A stretch of 64,000 bases of DNA. Origin: Lytechinus pictus (lineage: Eukaryota). Shown here in pieces: positions 25,501 to 36,424 of this stretch. The translations under genes and the position numbers were made by a program. Each line of letters opens with the position of its first letter. The first letter of the stretch is position 1. The stretch covers positions 22,506,001-22,570,000 of the forward strand of contig NC_087246.1 of NCBI RefSeq assembly GCF_037042905.1. Reading direction: 5' to 3'. Below the pieces are notes generated by a model. The model saw only the letters and a list, made by a program, of their open reading frames with translations, was not told the DNA's origin and ran no database searches.

Positions 25501-28500
25501 GTTCATTTAAAAAAAAATCTTCTTTTTCATCTTTTACATGAATTATTTAAGCTGCAGAAAGCTTTAATATTGTGTCATTCGAATAATTCATAATTACGAT
25601 TGCATAACCAATAAAAAAGAAATGGTTTTGGTCAATTATGATCTGTTCTTTGACTTGATTTTGGTTGATTTGATCTGAATAGATAGATTTAGTTAAAATG
25701 AATTGATCTAGGTTGCTCTTAATTCACGATTTACATTTTTATAGCACATCGAATTTTTATCTCATGATATCTTTTTATATCAAGTCTGATTTTATAATTA
25801 TTTTTCTGAGCTGATGGACTCTCTTCCATGAAGGTTAACTAATCCCAAAGTCGTGCTATGTAAACTTAGCCATATGCAAGAATATATTTTTTAAGACACA
25901 AAATTACAGTTGGCCTAATAAATGTTACTAATTCTGTAACTCACATCTTCCAAAACAGAAACAAGTGTTTGATAAAAAAAAAAAACGCTAGTGTACACTG
26001 TTAGAAAGTGTATTATTAAAATAAAAGAAGTTCCTGCAGCAGAGTCTCGAGAACACCTGTAATCTTGCCAGATTGCATAATCTTACATTATATCATGTAA
26101 AATTGGTATTTGGTGTATGGAACCTTCAAATTTCCTTAAATAAAACACCCTTTTCCCCTTTTTAACAGACCTGTTCTGTTAAATTGCAGAAAAATTCATG
26201 TTTTATGAATTTACAGAATGATTCTGTTATTGCTTTCTGCAAAATCTTTTTTTTTCCTGTAAAATCAGGGTTTTTTTAACAGTGTATAATATGATATTGA
26301 ATATGCCTTTTATTGTCATTTCATATTATTTAGAGCTGATCGTGAAGAATGGTATTCTACAATCAAACAGCTTCAGGTTGGTAAGATACCTAGCTTTCCT
26401 ACCAAACGTGAATCTCTGCCGGCTCGTCTTGATGATACCACCACCAGGTCAATAGACAGGTCACAGGCATCAGTATCATCACCATCTACTCTTCAACAAA
26501 TCTTTAAAGAACAGCTCGTAAGATTATCATTCTTTCAATATCCCGATTCAGTCCCAGTAGTTAATCATTAATCGACTCGGTTATTGTTTGTAAGGAAGAC
26601 AATGATGACAATATTTTTCCGCCCCCCCCCCCATCCCCACTGGCGAAAGCTGGATCCGCCGCTGGCAATAGCGAGTAGACCCTGATTTATCTCGAGTGAT
26701 ATGATATTTGTATTGTCTGATATAAATTGAAATGATGGATTATTTGTTAAACCCTATACAGATAGAGATTCCTTTTACCTATTTCACCTTCAAAATGTAT
26801 AGAGTTCTATCGAAAAAATATTTGGAATTGCATCAATGCACCTATTATATATTACGTCATGATAGGAAATGTTGTTATACACTTAGGCTCTTTAAAGCTA
26901 ACAAAAAATCTGCCCCTAAAATTATGACTTTTGATCAAAATACCTGCATTAAGGAACAATAACATACATCGTTCTCATGTAGCGAAAAGAAAAAAAAAGT
27001 TATATGTATATAGTACAGGTATCTTATGTAGTCTAGATGAATGAACTAAAATATTGTAATCATATTGCACTGCATTTATTAGCCCCCATAAACTGGGCCC
27101 TGGAAACGTTTTTTTTTTCAACAGGGTTGCTGATTGAAATATGACAAGCAAAAAAAAATACACAAAAAAGGAATTCACTCCAAGAAGAATGTCATTTTTC
27201 GTTAAATTACTGCCATTTAGCAGACCTATCACATTTCCAGGGGGTGCTGCCTGTGGTGAATAATACACACAGCACCCCCCCCCCCTCCCCGAAAATCATG
27301 GGGGTGCTTCAGCATTATACCCAGCACCCCTGCTGCTTCCCAGAGCCATGCCCATGAAAATAATTACCTGTAGTCGGCAGGGGAATCATCGAGACATTCG
27401 AAATGGTTTAAACATTATTGCTTATCTCCTTGAACTCATTTTAATAGGAAAGGGATATAATGCTGAAGAAACCAGAGCTGAATAAAGGTAAGAAAATATG
27501 AAGCATGCTTTTGATATTTCATTGCAATCAATTTTCTTAGGTTTTAATGTGGTTCTATACAGGTGTCGAATCCCCGCATATTTTGTGAGACGTCATCATC
27601 ATATTCTTCTTTCTCAACGTGATATGCCCGATCAGTGGCGGACCGTGACCCGGAGGAGACAAAGCATTGGGGGGGGGGGGGAGGCACAGCATTGTTCACA
27701 AACAAGCAGTGCCCCTCCAATGCTTTGTCTCCTCCGGGTCACGGTCCGCTACTGTGCCCGATCAACAACAAACAAGTATTTTATCTTCTATCATGATATA
27801 TACATGATCACTGCAACACATTATTCCATTCCTTTAACAGTGGCAATGGAACAAAATAATATAATGGTTTTTTTTCCGTCCAATGTATCAAATTAAGCTG
27901 TAAAAATACATCGCGATTCGCGAGGTGTACGCCTATGAAATTTGTTATAGAATGATCAAATTCATCTGTGTAGGCTTTAATACATGTTTATCTTCCATGT
28001 TCAAATTTGTACTTTTCGTCATGACTTAATATAAAAAGTCTTGTGTTGTAATCATCATTATCACCACCCTGGCGGCCGTTTCATAAAGCTTTTCGTAAGC
28101 TAAGAGCGACTTTATGAACGACTGGTGATCCTTTCTTACGCGCTAAACCATCGCCAATTCAATATACCGCTTATACCGCAAGAAAGGATCACCGGTCGTT
28201 CTTAAAGTCGCTCTTAACTTACGAACAGCTTTATGAAACACCCACCAGTGGTCGTACGCAGAGGGGGCAGTCCCCCTCCCCCCGTAATTTTGCAAACCTA
28301 CATTTTTTTTACTGAAAATATTTACAAAATTTACCAAATGTGTGCACGAAATCCTTCAATTTCACTTTAAAAAATGCAAAAGCACCCCGATGACAAGCCC
28401 GGTCGCGTCGCTCCCTCACATTCGAGTTTCATCGATTTTTTTTAGCGTCTTGCCCCCCCCCCAGAAAAAAAAATCTGCGTACAGCCTTGATTACCACCAT

Positions 28501-31500
28501 CATTCATTATTATCATCATTATAATGGTTATTATTTTTCTCCGTGACAGGATCAGGATCCTATATTAATGTGGACTATAACAGAGCCCTACAGAATTCCA
28601 AGGAATCCTATAACATGTTTAATGCGTTACATGTAAGTTTATATTTTCCCCCTTTATATACATTTTATAACTAACAAAGTCGTAAGGGGTGAATTAGGCT
28701 AAATTATTCATGCTTTTTTTTTTTTAGTTATCCTTACTTTTTAATCAGGATTTTTATGATCTATATGTAAAAGTAATTAGGGCCTCACATATTTTGGGCC
28801 CTGTCGGGTTAATTTGGTCAAGCTGCTTTTGTGAACATCAGTGTCCTGTCCAATAATATACGTCATTTTATACATTCAACCAAGGATTCACTTAATTCAT
28901 TCAAACATTATGCAACTAATTACTCTTGACTTAGGTGATAGCCTTTAAACTGTCCATATTTTTCTATGCAACCACGAATCTGTAAAAATTAAGTGGGCAA
29001 ATTTGCATTGAGAAAATACAACGATATCGAAAGTAAAGTTTATATAGTAACAAGTTCCTCTTTCAGACCTGAACTCGGGCAGCATATTAACACAGTTGAA
29101 CATAAAATGAATCACAAAGCAGAGTTATACTTATGCCCATAGAAGTGCATGCATTCCAACCACATTTAATTGAAAACATCAGTGTTGCATGACTGTCATT
29201 ATATGAACAATTTATGTTTATTTATCGACCCGTATATAGGTAGTCCCAAACTAAACCTTTACTCTCAATCTAAAAATACCTGTAATACTGCATGGCCGAC
29301 ACACGCGAACCGTGTGCTAATTGGAACCGGCAAAGGAGATTTTTAGATATTGTAGAACTTTTATTTCAAACCCACTGAGAATATTTATGATGTTCCCTTG
29401 ATCTCTTATATTATACCCGTTATGATTATCAATTGGTCCTGTAAGTCATAGCTATTTAGAGACCCGAACTAACGTGACCAATGTATATCTGATCTTTCGT
29501 CTTCTTATTCCTTATCCCTCCTTTTTTGGTCTCTTGTTCTTGTTTAAATTTACAACGAAAGGGGCATCAGAATGCAGCAGTAGAGGATGATGTTTACGAG
29601 GATGTACCCGAGGGAGATGATCCTCCTGATGGCCTCATCGAGGAGGATGTATACGAAGACTTGGAGGGCGACTCAAACGCGATAGAGGAAGACATTTATG
29701 ACGATCTAGACAATGGAGATGATTTTTACGAGGACAGTGCTGTACCTGGACAGCCCGGAGCATCGGGATGGAGCTCTGAAGCGGGGCCCCCACCACCACC
29801 CTTACCGCCAAGACCAATGCCACCACGGGTAAATAGACACTATATGAAATAAGAAAGGGGGGGGGGTAAACGTTGCACCTTAAAAATTCTAGCCCTATGC
29901 TACACTGAGAGCATCTTCAAAGGTGAACCTCGCACCTGAAAAGGTGCATCTTGCACCTTTCTGATCGTGGAGCCCCATAAGAGGTGTAACATCGGACCTT
30001 TGATATAACAAAGGTGCTAAATTGTACCTGTAACATGTGTAAGGCGCTCCCTTGCAGGGTGGTATTTCTAAGGGTGTTATTTTGAGCCATTTTTCTTGGA
30101 ATATTCTGTGGTATTGAGAATGACCATTGGACATTGATAACTGAAGTTTAGAACCATTGCATTATTTTCAATTGGCTCGTTTTTAATAGTCATGTTAGTT
30201 ATCTTTGTTTTTATTGCGCAAAATTTCGTTAGTGGTTTTCAAAGTGGTAGGTCCTGTGTCTTTGGTTCAAAACAATTAACATAATTGTTTCATGGTAGTC
30301 CACTGAAATTTTCAAGAAACGACGTGAAATCTGACGAATAATTGAAAATGGTTTTTATCATTTAATAAAATAACCCACCGAGACGAATCTCTAATCTCTT
30401 TACAATCTCTACATTCTTAAAAACATGTTGGTCAAACTTACAAAAGAAATGGAATCACCGCGCTGATGGTGAGTAGTAGAAGCCTCTCCTTTGATATCTA
30501 AACAACCATGCAATCTTAAACATGTAAAAAAAACAGTAATTAATGTCTTATGTATATATTTATGTATTGAACAATATAACTTTTATACCACGATAGCAGA
30601 TGGTTGCTGAGGAGGAGGATCTCTACGAAATGCCAGAATCTGATGTTCCTCCACCGATTCCTGCTCGACCTCCGGCAGCCAGCAATAGCAATCACTCCGA
30701 CCAAAATACAACAGGAAAGCAGTCAGGAAGGATGTTTTCACGTCAGTCAAAGAAAAAACCAAAACAAACGCAGAACAAACCCCCAACCAAGGTATGACAA
30801 AACGATAAAAAGATGACGGCATATATAGAGAAAATCCATGTTCAAACTCTTCCTGATTTTTTTTATTTCAGTTTGATTTTCATCCTGTGAACTGAAGATG
30901 TTTGGGATCTATTGGCTCTGTAGACATGATAGACGGATACAAGCCCAGTTTTATTGAAACGTGATCTATAACCAATAGTGATAATTTAATTGAAAAAGTA
31001 AATTGTTAGACTTATAAAATAAAAAAAAATGAATAGCTGAATTCATAAAGAAATTAGGAATAAAAAATTGATATGAGTTATAACTAAAAAAAATGTGTAG
31101 TATTACATTGTAAAGAGGATTTCCTTCCCTTTTCCTTCTTTTGCTTTTAAACCATGGTGGTGAATTTCAAGAGCACCGCAAGTACCATCATTTTTTTCCT
31201 CTCCTTTCAACTTCCTCTTGAAATTAGTCAAGGGTTTCCCCAAATTCAAGTGTGAAATCGATAGAGTGGGCCCTTATCGGACATAAATGGTAGAGTACTT
31301 AGCGCATTGAGATAAAACAAATTGAGCGGACGTCACATTACGTGTGTGACAAACTTCCTTTCGAAAATGTCCCGATCGAGCGAAGCGAGTGGAAAAAATG
31401 TTTTGAACTATTGAAATAAAAATCTAATATTGTGATAAATTTTTACATATTCATTCAAAAATGGCATGATATTTTGACCCATTTCATTTCTTCTTCTTTT

Positions 31501-31535
31501 CTTCTTTTTCTTTTTCTTCTTCTCCTCCTTCTCTC

Positions 31536-31566
<31 letters not shown>

Positions 31567-34500
31567 TTTTTCTTCTTCTATTTCTTCTTCTTTTCCTGAT
31601 TTCCCTTCTTGATCTTGGAACGTGGCCCCTAATCAAGCACTCCATATCTGTACGCCAGTGTCTGACATCAATATCTTAAAGAATAAATGGTGTTTCTTTC
31701 TGACAGATACCAAGCATACCTACAGATGGTGATGGGAATGTACCGACGGCCCATCCAACTGTTGGTCAAAGTCTAGCAGATGAACTTGCCACGAAGTTAA
31801 GAGCTCGAGCAGCGACTCTACCAAACAGACCACATTCACCAAACCAAATCCCACAAAGCAGTAGCAAGGTAACCAAATCAAAAACAAATTTAGACGTCGG
31901 CAGTGTGTCAAAATATGATTAATGATGTTCTGCTTCAAAATTGGAACGCCTTATTTCCATAAGAATTAGGCAGGCCTACAGTTTGTCTGATGAGTAGGCG
32001 TCAGCATGGTCAGTCAATAGAGCTGAATGGCATTTCCTCTATATTGTCCCCACAAATGAAGTGATTATTCATATTGCAAAGCGTAAAATTATTATTAGAG
32101 ACATTTATCATTTATGTGTTCATGTTGTTCCTAAAAAGTTGTTGATTCTACACGTGCTCGAAGTCAGAAATATGGATTTTATTCTGTAATCATGTTCACA
32201 GGCTTTTCGTTTTTATCCAGTCAGATTTCGTTTTTCATTATTTTTATTTTCCAACTCTTTGGTGTCAACATGGTTAAGGGGTACGCAGTGAACCTATTGT
32301 TCGAGGAGGGTGATCTATTGTTCCATCCCCTATGACGTCACGGATTTACGCCAATGTGCACTGTGTCCTGCTTACATTAATTTATTTATTTATATTATCT
32401 TTCCATCTTTGTTTAACCCTTTAGAAGCCGGTAAATCTACCGAATGATTTTGAAAAGATGCAGCTGAGAAGTCCAACAGACAGACACAGTAATAACCCAA
32501 GGCCAAGCAGCAGTGAGATCTCGGATGAACTAGCAAGAAAGCTTGAGAAGAGGAGCAGTGCCATCTCGTCCGACTCTACAGGTTCGGGTTTGGATGGACA
32601 GACATCGTGCAAACAAACGTGTAATACAAATGACAACCGCAGAGGATCGGTGCCATCTTTCGAACAGCACGTAGGACCTACAAGTCCTCCGTGGAATCAG
32701 CATCAGGATCAAACCAGTCAACCTCCTCAGACTCTACCCAAAAAGGTCGGTTTCGTAGTAATGTTTTTTTTCATGTTCTTTGGCTTTAAATGCTCATCAA
32801 CATGGTCGCTGAAGGCCTTCATAATAAGTTTCCCGACTTGCAGTTAGATCATCAGCTCCTACTCTTCCTTGATATTTCACACAGCTTGAGTTGCTCTTAG
32901 TGTATTTCTATTAGGTGAACGCCAATACTTTATATTCCTGCCTGACTTGTTCAAATCGGATTTATGTTTGTTTGAAGTCAAACTACGCTTTTCTGATCCC
33001 GTCATCTTCATTACTGACATTTACTACTTCTGTGAAGAAAAAAATTATTAAAAAACTTATGATTTTAATTTGAATATTTTTTAAAACTTATGTAGTGATT
33101 GTGGCCAAAGAACATAGATTAAGGTCATTTATCTCGGATAACGCAATTGAACAACGAAAAGGTATAACATAATGCCAAATAAAAACTCAATTTTCTCACA
33201 TCTAAACTTTTATTAAATAATCCACCTTTGGACAAGAACCAACTAGTTTAGCGTAAAGAGCTCTGTTTATGGACAAAAATCGGAAGCATCATAATTATGG
33301 ACATCATCATTAGGTTATTTGCATTTCTTCATTGTTATTTGACAGAAAGCCATCGTTCCCCCGCCGACCCACTCAAGGCCCGATAAACCTCAATCGAAGT
33401 TACCTATTGATGATCAGGTGAAGGCACTCAAAAGCCCGCCACCAACGCCAGCAAAGAAACCCGTTAAGCCACCATCAAGTGATGAAATATGTAAGATTCA
33501 TTCATATTCTATTTTTTGACACTGTTTGATGATCTGCTTCTCTAACCTTGAATTAATTCCCGCCAGTTCAAAGAGCTCTTGGACGATCGTCATTTATTCC
33601 GCTTATCATTGGTAGATATGGACGTAGTAGAAGACAAATTCCAGAATAATGGAGAAATGATGATAAAGAAGGAGGAAGACGGAGATGGGGGGAAGAAGGA
33701 TAAGGTTAAGAAGGAGAAGAAGAAGAAGAAGGGGGTGGAGGAGGAGTAGGGTGAGAAGAAGGGGGAGAAGAAGAAGAAGAAGGAGAAGAAGAAGAAGAAG
33801 AGAATGAAGAACATGAACAAGAAAAACAGAAACACAAAGAACAAGAAGAAAAAGAAGATGGGGAAAAGAGTTGAAGCACACAACATGCATAAGTAAAGAA
33901 GGATTGTACACTACGAAACACTGATTTACATTAATTTGAATTTCCTTTCAATTTTCAGACGAGGATACAGTAGTTGTACAGCCGAAGCCAAAACGGAAAC
34001 CAAGCTTGCCAAGGTATAACTTCCCATTTATTTATCAAAATTCTCCGGTAATCGTGCAACTAGTGTTTGATTTCATCATTCAATTATTAAAAATTTCATT
34101 GTGTTTTCGCTTGATGAAACGTAACTTTGTATCAGATATTCCAGACAATACTTCTATGAATACAATTCTTGCATGTCTCTTGAACTGTGTGAGAAGTAAA
34201 TGTTCTCTGGCGTAAAGCAAAAAAAAAACATCATAAACCAAGGATAAAAGAAGACATAGAACGGAAAGGAAAGGTAAAGACTGAAATATGGTATGATTTG
34301 TTATGTATATAAAATATTTGTTCAAATCTTTCATAAATATAAGATTTCATTTTAAATGGGTCAAAATCTTCTCTCGCTCACGACTCGCCACACTTTTTGC
34401 CCCCTCAAAGTTATTATAGTTTATTACACTACTATAGCTAGTCCTACTAATGATGAATGCTGTCCTTTTTTCTCTCCCTGTATAGTCCGGTTGGTGGCGG

Positions 34501-36148
34501 AGTCGAGTTAGATGTTCGGATTCCTCTTCATGCGATACAGGATCAGATAGCCGGATCGGTTATTTTCAAAGATCAGTCCGATAATGTGGTGTAAGTTAAT
34601 GTACCTCAACAATGAAAATCTAATTCAATGAAAAAGATGGTGATTTTATGATAATATGGATATGACAACAGCGCCATGATCTACAAAAATATTCAAAAAA
34701 TATGTATTTTTATTATTATATTTTCTTTGTTGCTCATGTTCTCACTTTCAGCCGATTACCAAACACCAAAGGAAATTGAAATAAACGTGTATAAATATTG
34801 TAACGTTCAATTTCAATTCAATTCAATTTAAATAATCATTCATTTTCTACCATTTTTCAATATAAATCATAAAAATTCTTTGACATAAAAATATTAATAT
34901 ATTTATATGTTAACAGAAGAAGACGTAGTTATATGAAGGCAAAGCTTGTGACGGGATACACCTGTAATACAAATACGATGTTCTTATATTGCAGGTTTTT
35001 AGTGTCAGTGAAATGCATCAACTTAATGACACTAAATTTACAAAATTATTTGAATCAAAGAACTAAATGGAATCACCCTTGTTCATTCTATTTTTTTTTT
35101 GCAAATTGGAATGGAAGGAGTAAGAAAATATCTTACCAAGACTAAACATTTTCAGTGTTCTTCCCAGTTGTCTATTTATTTGTCTGAAAGTTAGTTTTCA
35201 TATATGTTCCTTATATTTCTTGTGTTCATGCAGTTTCAGCCTTTATCCTAACGCTTATTTTTATTTTTTACCTTTATACTCTGTTTTATAGGATTGAAAG
35301 AAGTAACTTACCAGATTACTTGCATGTTGGAGACCAAGTCTTAAAGATTGGAGACATTGATGTTCGCGACTCCTCTGCCATGTTTGTTACAGAATGCTGG
35401 AAAAGGGTCAGCGAGAGCCAGGTAGGCCCAGTATTCTCTACTCTGGTCCTAGATAAATAAAAGCAGCTAAAATCCATATAAATATTGATTTTATCCATCA
35501 GCGATAAGAATAGTTTTGATTACTATGTATCTTATTGTTCAACATCATTTCTTAAGAAAATCGCAATGTGCCTTTTTTGTTTATTTTATTCGACTTGTAT
35601 GTTTAGTCTTTTCACTCTTTGAATTTTTATCCTGATCGTAAGATAAACTCTGCAGGTCATTTAAAACAAAGTTTATTATCATAATTTCTGTCAGAATTTC
35701 TGTATACCGTATATCATTGTCAAACATTGAAATTGACAATTTACAGTAAGATTTTTAATGTGTGTATATATAGACCTATAAAAAAGGACATATCACTTTC
35801 GGGTGTCGAGTGCCGTACTACAGATCTCATGAATTAAAAAAAATCAATGGAATGCATAATAATGTTATTTTTCTACTTTCACTCGCTCTTTCTATCACTG
35901 CACAATTAATCTTATATTTTATTACAAGGTTTTGTTTTAAGTGTAAAAATGAATGCCAGTGAAAAAAAACATGGTTTTTTTTTTGGGGGGAGGGGGTCAT
36001 GTTTTGCTGAAAACAATAGTGCTGATAGCATTATTTAAAACAGTTATTCTGAAAAAAACATGATTTTAAGAAAGTTGACGTATGTAATTGGTGACATTCT
36101 TATATTATTTTTTTGTCATAATAGGTCCGGGTAAGAATTTTACGATAG
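16484..36148 (+). CDS. PH domain / acidic Tyr-motif / Pro-rich / PDZ-like adaptor, about 651 aa, 14 exons (possibly PLEKHS1-like architecture)
   Basis: gccATGg start. Exons 16484-16546, 18326-18510, 26334-26517, 27448-27487, 28550-28632, 29562-29828, 30600(or 30597)-30791, 31707-31868, 32425-32745, 33346-33490, 33959-34013, 34486-34590, 35292-35421, 36125-36148; all GT-AG, phases join into one 1956-nt ORF. PH C-helix FERRADREEWYSTIKQL; PDZ core LHVGDQVLKIGDIDVRD...VRVRILR*. Confidence 0.8.
18326..18510 (+). CDS. Adaptor exon 2 (PH beta strands)
   Basis: tctttctctttgcag|...CAG|gtaaca, phase 0 to 2. Confidence 0.8.
18664..20590. mobile_element. About 1.9-kb degenerate non-autonomous TIR element with ATCCGTA-like subterminal repeats
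   Basis: Ends gcttaagtcacacggccat / atggccttgcgacttaagc; many atccg(t/c)a units at 18700-18900 and 20340-20390. Confidence 0.6.
21575..22951. mobile_element. Tc1/mariner-like MITE (TA TSD) with a nested poly-G MITE near 22050-22330
   Basis: ta|CAGTGCGTATAAAAA ... TTTTTATACGCACTG|ta; long arms (gttcatgcttgagcgaacacgg / ccgtgttcgctcaagcatgaac). Confidence 0.85.
24038..24286 (-). mobile_element. Same MITE family as 6078-6418, inverted
   Basis: CACTAGCGTACCTA...TAGGTACGCCACTG; TSD TTGATGAA on both sides. Confidence 0.88.
25996..26284. mobile_element. TA-flanked MITE
   Basis: ta|CACTGTTAGAAA ... TTTTAACAGTG|ta. Confidence 0.65.
26334..26517 (+). CDS. Adaptor exon 3 (ADREEWYSTIKQLQ...QQIFKEQL)
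   Basis: atttag|...CTC|gtaaga, phase 2 to 0; conserved PH Trp helix. Confidence 0.8.
27448..27487 (+). CDS. Adaptor exon 4, 40-nt small exon (ERDIMLKKPELNK)
   Basis: ttttaatag|...AAG|gtaaga, phase 0 to 1; needed to keep the frame. Confidence 0.7.
27633..27754. mobile_element. Second copy of the hairpin MITE
   Basis: Same arms; 8-bp TSD TGCCCGAT at 27625-27632 and 27755-27762. Confidence 0.9.
28069..28248. mobile_element. Palindromic MITE (Harbinger-like)
   Basis: ctggcggccgtttcataaagct...taagagcgacttta / taaagtcgctctta...agctttatgaaacacccaccag. Confidence 0.7.
28550..28632 (+). CDS. Adaptor exon 5 (GSGSYINVDYNRALQNSKESYNMFNALH)
   Basis: tttttctccgtgacag|...|gtaagt, phase 1 to 0. Confidence 0.78.
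29562..29828 (+). CDS. Adaptor exon 6 (YEDV, YEDL, YDDL, YEDS motifs; PPPPPLPPRP)
   Basis: Long pyrimidine tract then aag| (alternative cag| at 29570); CGG|gtaaat; phase 0-0. Confidence 0.88.
30600..30791 (+). CDS. Adaptor exon 7 (EEEDLYEMPESDVPPPIPARPP...)
   Basis: tagcag NAGNAG acceptor; AAG|gtatga; phase 0-0. Confidence 0.85.
31489..31610. repeat. (TTC)n-rich pyrimidine tract
   Basis: Visible low-complexity run. Confidence 0.85.
31707..31868 (+). CDS. Adaptor exon 8 (IPSIPTDG...SLADELATKLRAR...SSSK)
   Basis: tttctttctgacag|...AAG|gtaacc; phase 0-0. Confidence 0.85.
32425..32745 (+). CDS. Adaptor exon 9 (KPVNLP...ISDELARKLEKR...TLPKK)
   Basis: ccctttag|...AAG|gtcggt; phase 0-0. Confidence 0.82.
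33346..33490 (+). CDS. Adaptor exon 10 (KAIVPPPTH...PPPTPAKKP...DEI)
   Basis: tttgacag|...|gtaaga; phase 0 to 1. Confidence 0.85.
33660..33870. repeat. (GAA)n-rich purine tract
   Basis: Visible low-complexity run. Confidence 0.9.
33959..34013 (+). CDS. Adaptor exon 11 (YEDTVVVQPKPKRKPSLP)
   Basis: ttttcag|...AAG|gtataa; phase 1 to 2. Confidence 0.8.
34486..34590 (+). CDS. Adaptor exon 12 (PVGGGVELDVRIPL...VIFKDQSDNV), start of PDZ-like domain
   Basis: tctctccctgtatag|...|gtaagt; phase 2 to 2. Confidence 0.85.
35292..35421 (+). CDS. Adaptor exon 13 (PDZ core LHVGDQVLKIGDIDVRD)
   Basis: ttttatag|...CAG|gtaggc; phase 2 to 0. Confidence 0.88.
36125..36148 (+). CDS. Adaptor terminal coding exon (VRVRILR*)
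   Basis: tttttttgtcataatag| acceptor; supplies the final PDZ beta strand, then TAG. Confidence 0.75.
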   Translation, partial: VRVRILR

Positions 36149-36364
36149 TGGTCCGGAATACATATGACCAGCCATCATGCAGCTCTTCACAGGCAGTACT
36201 GAAGAAGTATCTTCAATCACACAAACTTCTATCTACCTTCCCACAACCCCTCTTTCTCCCCTCTATTCTCTCTCTTTCTCTTTCTCTCTCTCTCGTATTC
36301 ATCGATATAATATATCATAAAAAGGATCGATAAATTATATCTGACTCTTTATCCCTCTATCTGG

Positions 36365-36424
36365 CTATCTACCGTCTGCCTTTCCAAACTATCTATCTAC
36401 CGTCTGCCTTTCCAAACTATCTAT
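36365..36424. repeat. 28-bp tandem duplication in the adaptor 3' region
   Basis: ctatctaccgtctgcctttccaaactat x2. Confidence 0.85.

Noticed and set aside
28550-28632. Alternative reading frame of exon 5 (DQDPILMW...)
   Set aside because: Would end in phase 2, incompatible with the phase-0 acceptor of exon 6; the phase-1 frame via exon 4 is consistent.
33590-33921. Three overlapping hydrophobic or Ser-rich ORFs on the minus strand
   Set aside because: Translations of the intronic (GAA)n tract; no splice or domain support.
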